A DNA stretch of 64,000 nt from Tubulanus polymorphus. Taxonomy: Eukaryota; Animalia; Nemertea. The stretch covers positions 30,794,299 to 30,858,298 of the forward strand of contig NC_134025.1 of assembly GCF_964204645.1 (NCBI RefSeq), in the 5' to 3' direction. Shown here in pieces: positions 41,494 through 53,159 of this stretch. Positions within the stretch are counted from its first letter, which is position 1; each line of letters opens with the position of its first letter. Both the position numbers and the translations under genes were made by a program. Under the pieces are notes generated by a model. It did not search any database. It was not told the DNA's origin and was given only the letters and a program-made list of their open reading frames with translations.

Positions 41494-44400
41494 ATGGCAA
41501 CTTTAGCCGATCAAGCAGCGAAACTACTGGACTTCAATCAGAAACTAGATATTAATTTACTGGACAGTGTTGTAGTATGTATGTATGCTGGTGCTGGACC
41601 ACAGGTAAATATGCTGAAACTAATCGAACAGGAGTTCCACTAATTTGACTTAGTTAAAACATCGAAAACATTGAGACTCATTCTAACTGATTAATGTGGT
41701 ATTGGATCCAGAATATCTACTTTTCGAGATAATGATATAAAAGTCCTACATGAATGACCACCACAGACTCGAGAGTGTTTCATCGATGGTTATTTTTGTT
41801 TTTTATTCAGTCTTTATTATTTATGTAGTGGAAGCTTGTTCTATAGTTGTGGTGGCATCACTGGTTCCACAGGTGTTGTTAATATCCTCCATGTTTGGCT
41901 TGATTTCATTGCGTTATGTTTTCATTTTTACAGCAACAGCTTGCGCAGAAAGTGCTCACGAATTTAAAGGAGCACCCGGACGCCTGGACTCGAGTTGATA
42001 CTATTCTAGAATTCTCCACGAACCAACAGACGAAATACTACGCGTTACAAATACTGGAAACCGTCATCAAAACGAGGTGGAAAATTCTACCGAGGGAACA
42101 ATGTGAAGGTATTTCGATTTCTAAAACTCCGGTAACAGACTCAAGTTTAAATTCAGGGCCCGGTTTCATAGTCATGGCTTAGACTTAAGACCAGTCTAAG
42201 ACCATGTTAGTTCTATAGCCAATCTAACAACTTAAGGCCAATCTTAAGGCTTAAGCCAATATATGAACTTAAGTCTCAACTGTGCAACTGGTCCGTTCTT
42301 TACAGGGTCCCTTCACCTCCTTGATTCCTTAAACTTACCTAAAATGGAAAATGCTTTTAAAGCTGCTTGAAACTCCTTTATATTAAAACTCTTTCAATTT
42401 TGGGAAATAGGCAATTAGTAATGTTTGTAGTAGTTTAATAAACTAAGTCTTAAATAAAGTTTGAGATCAGGGCTTAAAAACCAAGTTAATTTAGTGGTAG
42501 TGGTTAACAATTTGTGTATGAACCCTTTTCTTGTAATGCAATATAAAATATTTTTATTTCAGGTATTAAAACGTATATTGTTGGTTTGATTATCAAAACA
42601 TCATCAGACGCTGAGAACCTGGAAAAGCAAAGCACATATCTCGGAAAACTGAACATGATTCTCGTACAAATTCTCAAAAACGAATGGCCCAAAAATTGGC
42701 CTTCATTCATTAAGGACATTGTCGGTGCCAGTAAAACTAATGAATCGTTGTGTCAAAATAATATGGTGATTCTAAAGTTATTGAGGTAAGTTTCCATTGA
42801 AAAGTGACTATCCCTTGATTCGAGCTAAATGTCAAAAAGTCCTTGGAAACTTGAGAAATTGGCGATTAGAAAAGGTTTAAGGTTTTGTTTTTCAAGATTA
42901 TGCCTAGTTTAGAGTTTTATTTGTTCTTTTGATTAATCATCATAATTTATTATTTTTACAGTGAAGAAGTGTTTGATTTTTCGAGTGGTCAAATGACACA
43001 GATTAAAGCGAAACATTTAAAAGACAGCATGTGTACAGAATTCTCACAGATATTCGATCTCTGTCAATATGTTTTGGTAAGTTTTCGTCATATTCTCATC
43101 GGTATTAATGAAATCAGTTGAACATAGTTCAGATTTTTTGTTGTATTTCCAACTGAAATGACCTCGCAGCGTGAAGTCATTATTTGGATAATAATGGTTC
43201 CAGTTTCCAACTTAAAGAACTAGTTTCACTGGCTATTGTAGGTATATTAAAGTAATCTTGTTTTCTCTCTGATATTGTTTGCAGGATAATTCACAAAACG
43301 CTCCACTAGTTGGCGCTACTCTCGATACTCTGTTGAGATTTCTGAACTGGATTCCTCTTGGTTATATATTTGAGACTAAATTGATCACTACTCTGATTTA
43401 TAAGGTAAAAACCTCTACTACATCACTCGATTCTAAAGCTTGAATTCTCTTCCAAAGATCTGTTTGAACAAATGGTTTTAAATCTGGTCAAGATTGAACC
43501 CAAGTTGGTTATAATTCATTCATGATAACATTGACCCTTCCCCTGAGATTTAAGACTAATGATTGTTTTATGATGTATTTCAGTTCCTGGATGTTCCCAT
43601 GTTTCGTAATGTAACATTGAAAGCATTGACTGAAATAGGTAACTATAAATCATGATCCACTTCCACATGTCTTAATTAAACTTTCAAGTGGAAACCGTTT
43701 CAATCCAATAATTAGGGTCACAAATTGACTTTATTACTTAAAAAAGATATTCCTGGATTTTGAAATTAGATTAAAATATTCAACACTGGTGGAAATGTAT
43801 GAATGAAGTGGATGTATGTTTAATTTTGCAGCTGGAATTCAAACGACTCAATATGCTTCACAAAATGATGAACAATTCGTTCAACTTTTCAATTTGACGA
43901 TGCAACAGTTAAAACGGGTACAAATTATCGTTCATTTAAACGATTTATGATTTGATTTTGTTTTCACTGGTTCACTTTGTTACGTCTTGTTACAGATGTT
44001 GCCGGTAACGACGAATATAAAAGAAGCTTATCAACAGGGTCGAGATGACGAACAGAATTTCATCCAGAATCTGAGTTTGTTTTTATTCTCGTTTTTGAAA
44101 GAACACGGAAAATTAATCGAAAAGAAAGTCGATATGCATAGTTTACTTCTCGATGTAAGTTGGATTTGAGATCTCATTTTGATTCGATATTTCATCTCTT
44201 CAGATATTCATATTGCTCAAATAGTGATATATCGATAAATTGTATTCAAATATGGAATTATATGTTGTATTACCACCAACTATTGATTTATCATATTGTC
44301 AGATATTGATATATCATATTGGTCGGATATTGATATATCGTATTGTTCGAATATTGATATATCGTATTGCTCGGATATTGATATATGGTATTGCTCGGAT

Positions 44401-47400
44401 ATTGATATATCGTATCGGTTGAATTAATTTTACAGTCATTATCGTATCTGATATTGATATCAGAAGTGGAAGAAACTGAAATATTCAAGATCTGTTTAGA
44501 ATATTGGAATACGCTAGCGTCAGATTTATACAGAGAGAACTGTCCTTTTAACAGTATGATCGGTAAAACATTAACAGATGTTCCATTCAGAAGACAGTTA
44601 TATATGCCTGTTCTATCTAAGGTGAGCAGTTTTAACTATTAATATGATTCTGCTCCGAAACTCTTACTGAAAATATCTTCCTAATGAATTAATTTTACCC
44701 ATGAGAAATTTTGATCCGTACTAAAATAAACCTCTTGATTTCTGATTAATTTGAAGATTTCTTTTATATTTCAATATTTCTTGAGAATCATTTAAAAAAA
44801 GTTACTCATAACATGGGACAGCCCTGAGTTCTTGAGTCAATAGTTCATATTACTGATACTGACAGCCATATTTGAATGATGGTAAAAATTAGGAATGAAT
44901 TGAATGTAATTGTTTATAGGTAAGAAGAATAATGATCTCTCGTATGGCGAAACCTGAAGAAGTATTAGTTGTAGAGAATGATCAGGGAGAAGTTGTCCGT
45001 GAATTCATGAAGGATACAGACTCCATCACGATGTATAAAAACATGAAAGAAACATTAGGTTCGTTTATAAACACATTCCAGGGTCCCTACAACTCCTTGA
45101 TTCCTTGAAAACTCTTTCTAAACCAAAAATATTTTTCAAGGTCCTTGAATATCCTTGAATTTTAGCAAAATGTCCAAAAGGCCTTGGAAACTCCTTGAAT
45201 TTTGAGAAATTGGCAATTTTTAAGTAAACCAGTACCGATTTAGGAAATGTCAACAGTAGTCGAGATATGAAAGTGATGCATACACTCCTCGAAATTTGAA
45301 ATTTTCTTCTTGAAAAGTCCTTGAATTCTCGAATGACTGATTTGTAGGAACCCTGACATTCAACAAGAGTCTTTCACAGTTATCAGTGAGATTGACACTC
45401 GTCAAACTGATGTCTGTGGAAGTGAGTCCTGATAAATTTTTCAGCTGGGATGAAAACTAAGTTGTTAAAATGTTGTTGTTGTTTTGTAGTTTACCTGACT
45501 CATTTAGACTACAACGACACTGAGAAAATAATGACAGAAAAATTACATAATCAAGTGAATGGAACCGAATGGTCGTGGAAAAACTTAAACACTGTGAGTA
45601 CGGTTTGAGTAATCAGACATACAGAGCTGAATATTCTCTACGGGTCTCACAGTAAATTCGAGGGCAGTCCGAGCACAGATTGGTCATCATAACATTAATT
45701 GGGGTGGGAAGATTTTATACGTTTTGACGAGATTATCAGAGGCAGTTGCAGTTTGATGTATAGTCGGAATAATCAGTGTGAATTAGAATTTAAAACTTGA
45801 TTTGATATGAATTAATTTTCACAGTTGTGTTGGGCTATCGGATCAATTAGTGGAGCTATGCTTGAAGAGGATGAAAAACGTTTCCTGGTGATCGTGATTA
45901 AGGTACAAATATCAATCTTAGTCCGTCAATAATCAGTGGACGAGATTCCGGTTATGATAATTCTGTGGATTAATTTCAGGATTTATTGGGTTTGTGCGAA
46001 CAAAAACGTGGAAAAGACAATAAAGCGATTATTGCGTCTAATATAATGTATGTAGTTGGTCAGTATCCGCGATTCCTGAGAGCTCACTGGAAATTCCTGA
46101 AAACAGTTGTAAATAAACTATTTGAATTCATGCATGGTAAGCATTTCTACATTTATTATACTGAACACTTTATACAAACTTGATCCTCACTTGCCACGTT
46201 CACAGTTGTTCAGTAATTAATGAAATGTTTAATTGTTGTTATCGCTATAGAAACTCACGACGGTGTACAGGACATGGCGTGTGATACGTTCATCAAGATT
46301 TCACAGAAATGTCGTCGGCATTTCGTTACGATTCAGGTCGGCGAACCGATGCCTTTTATCGAGGAAATTCTGTCGACGATCAATTCGATAATCTGTGACC
46401 TTCAACCGCAGCAGGTAAATAAATATCAAATACCGGTCCAACTCCTGCTACGTGAAACATTAATTCACTGATTTCCTGCCCAGAAGGTGTGAAAAAAAAA
46501 AACATATTCTGGGTGGAAATCGCAGAAAAGTCAAGATATTTCTTTTTTTTTTAAAGTCAGGGAATAGCTGGTCAGGGAAATTTGTGAAAGAGCTGCAAAT
46601 CAGGGAAATCTGTTGAAATTGCTAGATCACATGTAAAATCAAACAGTTTCCGTTAATGTGTTATGTATTTGACTGTGTTAAATGATTGGATTCTGCATAT
46701 ATAAAATATTAACAACTTGTACTAACTTCAGATTTTTGGCTCGGTTTTAATGATGATGATTGTTTCAGGTGCATACGTTTTACGAAGCGGTCGGTTTAAT
46801 GATCGGAGCACAGAATAACGATCACGAGGCTCAACGACATCTCATTGAGAAATATATGTCATTACCAAATCAAGTGTGGGATGGAATTATATCACAGGCT
46901 TCACTGGTTTGTATTATCTCTCATTCTTCTCCTTTACACTCTCCTCATCACTACCGTCTTTCCTCTCTCCTCTCCTTTCTCCCTCTCATCTCTCCCTCCA
47001 TCCCCATCTCACCTCTCTCCCCTCATTTCTACTGTCTCCCTCTCAGCTCTCTCCCCTCATTTCTACTGTCTCCCTCTCACCTCTCTCCCCTCATTTCTCC
47101 CACTATCTCCATCTCACTTCTCTCTCCTCTCATCTCTCCCTCCATCTCCATCTCACTTCTCTCCCTCCATCTCCATCTCACTTCTCTCCCCCATTTCTCC
47201 CTCCATCCCCATCTCACCTCTCTCCCCTTATTTCTACTGTCTGCCTCTCACCTCTCATCTCTCATCTCTCCACTTCCTTTTCTCTCCCCTCATCTCCCTC
47301 TCACCTCTCTCCTACACTCCTCTACCCTCATCTCTTTCTCCTCTCTCTCCTCTGTTTTTCCCACTCTCTCTTTGTCCCTGTTGTGATTAATAGTGATTTA

Positions 47401-50400
47401 AGGTTGAACGAGATTGTTGTTTTATTTACAGAATGTTGAAGTGTTAAAAGATCCCGAAGCAGTAAAACAGTTGGCGAATATTCTGAAAACGAACGTTAGA
47501 GCTTGTAAAGCACTCGGTCATCCTTACGTTAGTCAGGTCAGTTAGCCACACCGTGTATTGATGTTGAGATCTAGTAAGGCCTGTATATCATTATTCATTA
47601 ATTTATGAATTGGATTTTTTTTTTGTAGCTCGGTAAAATTTACCTGGATATGTTAAATGTGTATAAAGTGTTGAGTGAAAACATCAGCATCGCGATTGAT
47701 TCTAACGGTGAAAACGTCACAAAACAACCGTTAATAAGAAGCATGAGAACGGTTAAAAAGGAAACTCTGAAACTGATATCGGGATGGGTCAGCAAATCAA
47801 ACGAACCAACTGTAGTAAGTATTCTCTCTCCCTCACCCCCTCCCTCTCGCTCTCCGTCTCCCTCTCCGTCTCCCTCTCTCTCGCGTAGAAACTCTGAAAC
47901 TGATATCGGGATGGGTCAGCAAATCAAACGAACCAACTGTAGTAAGTATTCTCTCTCCCTCACCCCCTCCCTCTCGCTCTCCGTCTCCCTCCGTCTTCCT
48001 CTCTCCCTCTCGCTCTCCGTCCCCCTCTCCCCTCTCTCTCTCTCTCTCTCTCCCTCTCTCCCTCCCTCCCTCTCTCTCTCCGTCTCCCTCTCCCTCCCTC
48101 CCTCCCTCCCTCCCTCTCTCCCTCTCTCCCTCTCTGAGTCCATGCTTGTAATGATGATAAAGAAAATCTCACACTCAGTTCTGTCCTAAACTGTGCGAAT
48201 GTTTCAATTCAGGTCGCTGATAACTTTGTGCCACCGTTACTCGATGCTGTGCTGTTGGATTATCGAAAGAACGTTCCCGCTGCTCGGGAACCGGAAGTGC
48301 TCAGTACCATGGCGATGATTGTTAATAAATTAGAGGTATAAATATCGTTCTACTGCCCTGAAATTGACTGATATTCAGAGGAGAAATATTCATGGAATTA
48401 TTTGTGTTCTATTACAGAATGTGATTACTAATGTTATTCCTCAAATCTTTGATGCCGTTTTTGAATGTACTTTAGAAATGATAAACAAGGTAAAAAAAGA
48501 CGATGATCGATGTATAATTAATTGTGATGACTTTTAATTTCGAGGGTTGTTTTATTGGTTAAATTATATTTTGATTTTCTCGCAGGATTTTGAAGAATAT
48601 CCAGAACATAGGACGAATTTCTTCATACTTTTACAAGCTGTCAATTCACATTGTTTCGCCGGTGGGTATTGATACTAGTATAACACATTTGATACTGGAT
48701 CCGGTCCCGCAGTTTTGGCTCTTTACAGTCAGATCCATTGAACTCGACGTTCCAAGTTTGATTTGAGTAGTAGAAAAGCCCCTGAACGCTCAGACGTGGA
48801 GAATACATAATACGTTTAAAACCCACTGTTAACAAAATTTAGAAGATTAAAAGCTAATTTTATTTTATGTATCAAAAATTAAAGACACAACATTTCAGAC
48901 CCTAGAGACCATTTGCCAGTTGTAATTAAAATGACTAAAGCTGGAGGTTGATTTTCAATGTTAGTGGAAGTGTCTTGTGCGGTGATCGTTCAATTCTGAT
49001 TTGATATTGAATTGTATTTTGTAGCGTTTTTAATGATCCCGGCCGAACAGTTTAAATTAGTGCTCGATTCGATTATTTGGGCGTTTAAACACACGATGAG
49101 AAACGTCGCTGATACCGGTCTCGATATTCTATACGAGTTACTACAGAATGTCGCGCAGGACGATAACATGGCTCAAAGTTTCTACCAGACGTATTTCACC
49201 GATATTTTACAGCATATATTCTCAGTAGTAACGGATAGTTCACATACAGCAGGTAATCATACAGATCATGAGGAATTCCGGAATAACATTTCCCTGCAGA
49301 GAAAATCAGGGAATTCGAATTTTTGGTGTCTCGTTGTTCTTGCTGATGATGAGTGACACGAGGAACCTCTTGATAAGAATCAACCCTCACTGAGAATATC
49401 TTATAATTTAATCAGGGAATTCGAATTTTTGGTGTCTCGTTGTTCTTGCTGGTGATGAGTGTCACTAGGAACCTCTTAGATAAGAAACAGCCCTCACTGA
49501 GAATATCTTATAATTTAATCAGGGAATTCGAATTTTTGGTGTCTCGTTGTTCTTGCTGGTGATGAGTGTCACTAGGAACCTCTTAGATAAGAAACAGCCC
49601 TCACTGTGAATATCTTATAATTTAATCAGGGAATTCGAATTTTTGGTGTCTCGTTGTTCTTGCTGGTGATGAGTGTCACTAGGAACCTCTTAGATAAGAA
49701 ACAGCCCTCACTGAGAATATCTTATAATTTAATCAGGGAATTCGAATTTTTGGTGTCTCGTTGTTCTTGCTGGTGACGAGTGTCACTAGGAACCTCTTAG
49801 ATAAGAATCAACCCTCACTGAGAATATCTTATAATTTAATCAGGGAATTTGGATTTTTGGAGTCTTGTTGTTCTTGCTGGTGATCAGTGACACGAGGAAC
49901 CTCCTAGATAAGAAACAGCCCTCACTGAGAATATCTTATAATTTAATCTTTAATAAGGGAATTTGGATTTTTGGTGTCTTGTTGTTCTTGGTGGTGATGA
50001 GTGTCACTAGGAACCTCTTAGATAAGAAACAGCCCTCACTGAGAATATCTTATTAATCAATCGGGTGTTGAATATAAAGTATATATAATTTATTTCAGGT
50101 TTGACGATGCACGCCACAATTCTTGCGTATATGTTCAATTTATTAGAAGAGAATAAAGTAACGATTGCATTTTCTGCGACGCCGACTACAGTTAATAATA
50201 TACAATATATACAGGACTTCCTAGTCAACTTATTGAAAGCAGCTTTCCCTCATCTTAATGAGTAAGTTTTATACGGTTATCTCTTCAGTTAAAACGGTTA
50301 TCTCTTCAGTTAAAACAGTTATCTCTGAGTTAAACAGTTATCTCTGAGTTAAACAGTTATCTCTGAGTTAAACAGTTATCTCCGAGTTAAACAGTTATCT

Positions 50401-51202
50401 ACGAGATGAATAGTTATCTCCGAGTTAAACAGTTATCTCCGAGTTGAACAGTTATCTCCGAGTTAAACAGTTATCTCCGAGTTAAACAGTTATCTCCGAG
50501 TTGAATAGTTATCTCCGAGTTAAACAGTTATCTCCGAGTTAAACAGTTATCTCCGAGTTGAATAGTTATCTCCGAGTTAAACAGTTATCTCCGAGTTGAA
50601 CAGTTATCTCCGAGTTAAACAGTTATCTCTGAGTTAAACAGTTATCTCCGAGTTAAATAGTTATCTCCGAGTTAAACAGTTATCTCCGAGTTGAACAGTT
50701 ATCTCCGAGGTAAACAGTTATCTCGGAGTTAAACAGTTATCTATGAGTTGAACAGAATTGCGTACAACAATGAATTGTTTATTTTCAGCGCACAGATCAA
50801 GTCGTTTATTGAAGGATTATTCGGTTTTAATCAATCAATTCCAGCGTTCAAAGAACATTTACGTGATTTCTTAGTGCAGATTCGGGTAAGTCTCAACTGT
50901 TCAACACCGTGTTACTACTAGTGACACCTGGCGCTTTGGTGCTGACTGGTGCTGCCATCTTTCAATAAAGATCACTAATCACCAATTTATCAAAATAAAA
51001 CATGCAGACTGATTTTCTGGGAAATTAAACATTTGATTGAATTTGTTTTTTCTAGGAATTTGCTGGTGAAGATAATTCTGATTTATATTTGGAAGAGAAA
51101 GAGTTAACAATACGTCAAGCTCAGGAGGAGAAGAGGAAAGTTCAGATGTCGGTTCCCGGAATCCTCGGACCTCACGAGTTACCCGAGGAAATGCAAGATT
51201 AG
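41494..51202 (+). CDS. XPO1: Exportin-1 (CRM1), ~24 coding exons
   Basis: [57 protein letters not shown] (leptomycin-B-reactive Cys retained), [14 protein letters not shown]-terminus [16 protein letters not shown]. Confidence 0.98.
42155..42295. mobile_element. MITE family D (taagaccagtct repeats); related copy at ~12810-12975
   Basis: Shared ttagttctatagccaatctaacaacttaagaccagtcttag. Confidence 0.6.
44300..44418. repeat. Intronic minisatellite, 24-bp unit (ggatattgatatatcgtattgctc), ~5 copies
   Basis: Directly visible. Confidence 0.9.
45079..45355. mobile_element. Non-autonomous CAGGG-ended DNA transposon with ccttgaa subterminal repeats and a 6-bp TSD; fragments at ~42304-42420, ~42830-42870 and ~7010-7095
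   Basis: acattc|cagggtccctacaa...ttgtaggaaccctg|acattc. Confidence 0.8.
46915..47380. repeat. Polypyrimidine (CT-rich) low-complexity intron; similar tracts at 47820-48135 and (purine strand) 25480-25590
   Basis: Almost purine-free plus strand with internal 29-bp repeats (tctctcccctcatttctactgtctccctc). Confidence 0.9.
49304..50055. repeat. Intronic tandem array, ~107-bp unit, ~7 copies
   Basis: aatcagggaattcgaatttttggtgtctcgttgttcttgctggtgatgagtgtcactaggaacctcttagataagaaacagccctcactgagaatatcttataattt repeated. Confidence 0.97.
50272..50755. repeat. Intronic minisatellite, 19-bp unit (gagttaaacagttatctcc), ~25 copies
   Basis: Directly visible; fills nearly the whole intron. Confidence 0.97.
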
Positions 51203-53149
51203 AAACAACATTCATTGTAAATAAAATATCCTTTCATTCATACTAATCATTATCAGAAAAAAAACAAACAAACATCAAGCGATACAGTTTGAATCAACAA
51301 TCGGTGTCGTTTGTTTTGTGTGTCTCGGTTAATTAGTGATCACTGTTAATTACAAACTAATAATTAATTGATATCTCGTTACTGGTAGGCATGTGTTTAT
51401 ATACCATACATTATTAACCATTTCAGTTGTTGAAACGAAAAATTTCCCATTCAAAAACTAATATTTAAATGAATATAATTTTACGATTTTATTCATAATA
51501 GTTTGCTGTGTAAAACAATGTTTATCAGTGGTACTGTGTTCGTTTGTGAGACCACTCAATCCGGTCAGGGCTCGGGTGAATTGGTTCAGTGGGTCGGTCA
51601 TGATGACCTTACCGATCCAACCATGTGACTCGAGTCAGTTTGAATACGGCGTCATCCTCGTCTGATAAAGCTGATTCTGGGCCAAATCTGCCCTTTTCAA
51701 ATTAAGTGCCTATTCAAATTTTCTGGTCCACCTCTTTCAAAGATTTGCCCTTGAGTTGAGTTGACCATACGAACATGGCTGATATGTTTACATGACAATT
51801 GTGTGCATTTTGCGTTCATGAATTCTTCATATGGATTTTTGCATTTATCAAGTGTCATAAGAGGCTTCGTGTGATTATTGAATTTGAAGCCTCTCGTTTA
51901 AACTGGTTTGTATATCGTCGCGCTACAACTGCATTATATATGTATTGCCACAACAATTTAAGAATTATTGTAGGTGGCGTAATAGTCAGCTAGTAATTAG
52001 TTTAGTTTGGTCACAATTTGAGTACCATTAGGCCACTCAGTTCTCAGAGTTAGACTTATAACTATAACTATAGAACTCGATCCAGTGGACTGGGTCAAAA
52101 ACTTCATTAAGTAGAGTCTATTTTGATTGTTAATTTTAGTTCAATCCGAAGCCAAATTTATTATTCACGCTCAGAGTTCCGATTGATTTTATCGCCCCCT
52201 ACTGGCAAACCCTCGTTATTAATTACTGACACATTTTATGATTTCTGCTAGGATTTCTTTTTTTTTAGCAAAGAAAGAGAAAATGAATCTTTGCGACATT
52301 TGTTTTTGTATTATGTAAATATTTCCATGTAAAGATGATACATGTGTATGATATTTCTATTGTGGCATTTTATATATTTTTTGACGACAGGAAATGAAGT
52401 TTAAACAAGCGAGTGTTTAATTGATTCAATACTAATGAAATATAAGGATAATAATGAAAAAAATGGCAAATTAAAAAATGGTTGAAACGTTATTGATCCC
52501 TTTAAAGTAGAGAGAATTGATAACATTGTGTGATTCAGTTTGATAATTAGTGTGGATCTGATGATTAGTCAATTGCACTTAGCCTTTCTCTGTAAACCTC
52601 TTCAAGCCGTAGGTGAAGTTTGTTTAGAGTAAACCAGTTCTTCAGTAAACCTAGGTATGTCCGATGTCTGAGGTCAGTCAAAAGTCCATCCGAGTTAGAC
52701 TGTAAGGTTTTACTGTTGTTCCTTGATTTTCAATTCTGTAAAATACTTCAGTTTTCTGTATTATTGCAGTTGGTACAGTGTTTTAAGGGATCTAAAATTG
52801 AGGTCAACTTGATTTTGAAATATCACCTCTATTTTGATATTCAGTCGACAAGAGAAGAAGAGAATGTTTTTATTTTTAGGTTTTGGCTGCAATCATCAGT
52901 TCAACCTAAAACAAGTTGTATATTCATTAATTATCAGTAATCTATCTCTAATTACTTCATTCAGCCTCCCCTCCCCATCAGCCCCCTCCCTCTCCCTCTG
53001 TGTCTGATGATAAATAATAGTCTGTTTAGTTCGTTTGAAATATCTGTTTCTTCTTGTCCTTGAACCAGGTTCAAGATATCACTAATCTGCAACCTGTGTT
53101 CTAGGAGGTTGCCATTTAAAAGTGGACCTTGTTTTTCTTAGTAAAATTG

Positions 53150-53159
53150 AATAAATAAA
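53150..53159 (+). terminator. Candidate XPO1 polyadenylation signal (overlapping AATAAA); implies a ~2-kb 3'UTR
   Basis: aataaataaa followed by T/GT-rich downstream sequence. Confidence 0.45.

Noticed and set aside
46845-48189. Ser/Leu/Pro-rich and Arg/Glu/Gly-rich ORFs
   Set aside because: Read-through of CT-rich XPO1 introns, which lack stops because of their composition.
49452-49500. Box C (GTGATGA) ... box D (CTGA) in each 107-bp unit, suggesting a tandem snoRNA cluster
   Set aside because: Only ~49 nt C-to-D, weak terminal stem, no recognisable rRNA guide, boxes mutated in some copies, and the unit matches a dispersed repeat. Small-RNA data could reopen this.
49304-50755. CRISPR-like appearance of regular arrays
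   Set aside because: Units are contiguous with no unique spacers, there are no cas genes, and the context is eukaryotic introns.
41494-51202. Minor-spliceosome (AT-AC/U12) or GC-AG introns
   Set aside because: All junctions traced were GT-AG without the U12 GTATCCTT donor.
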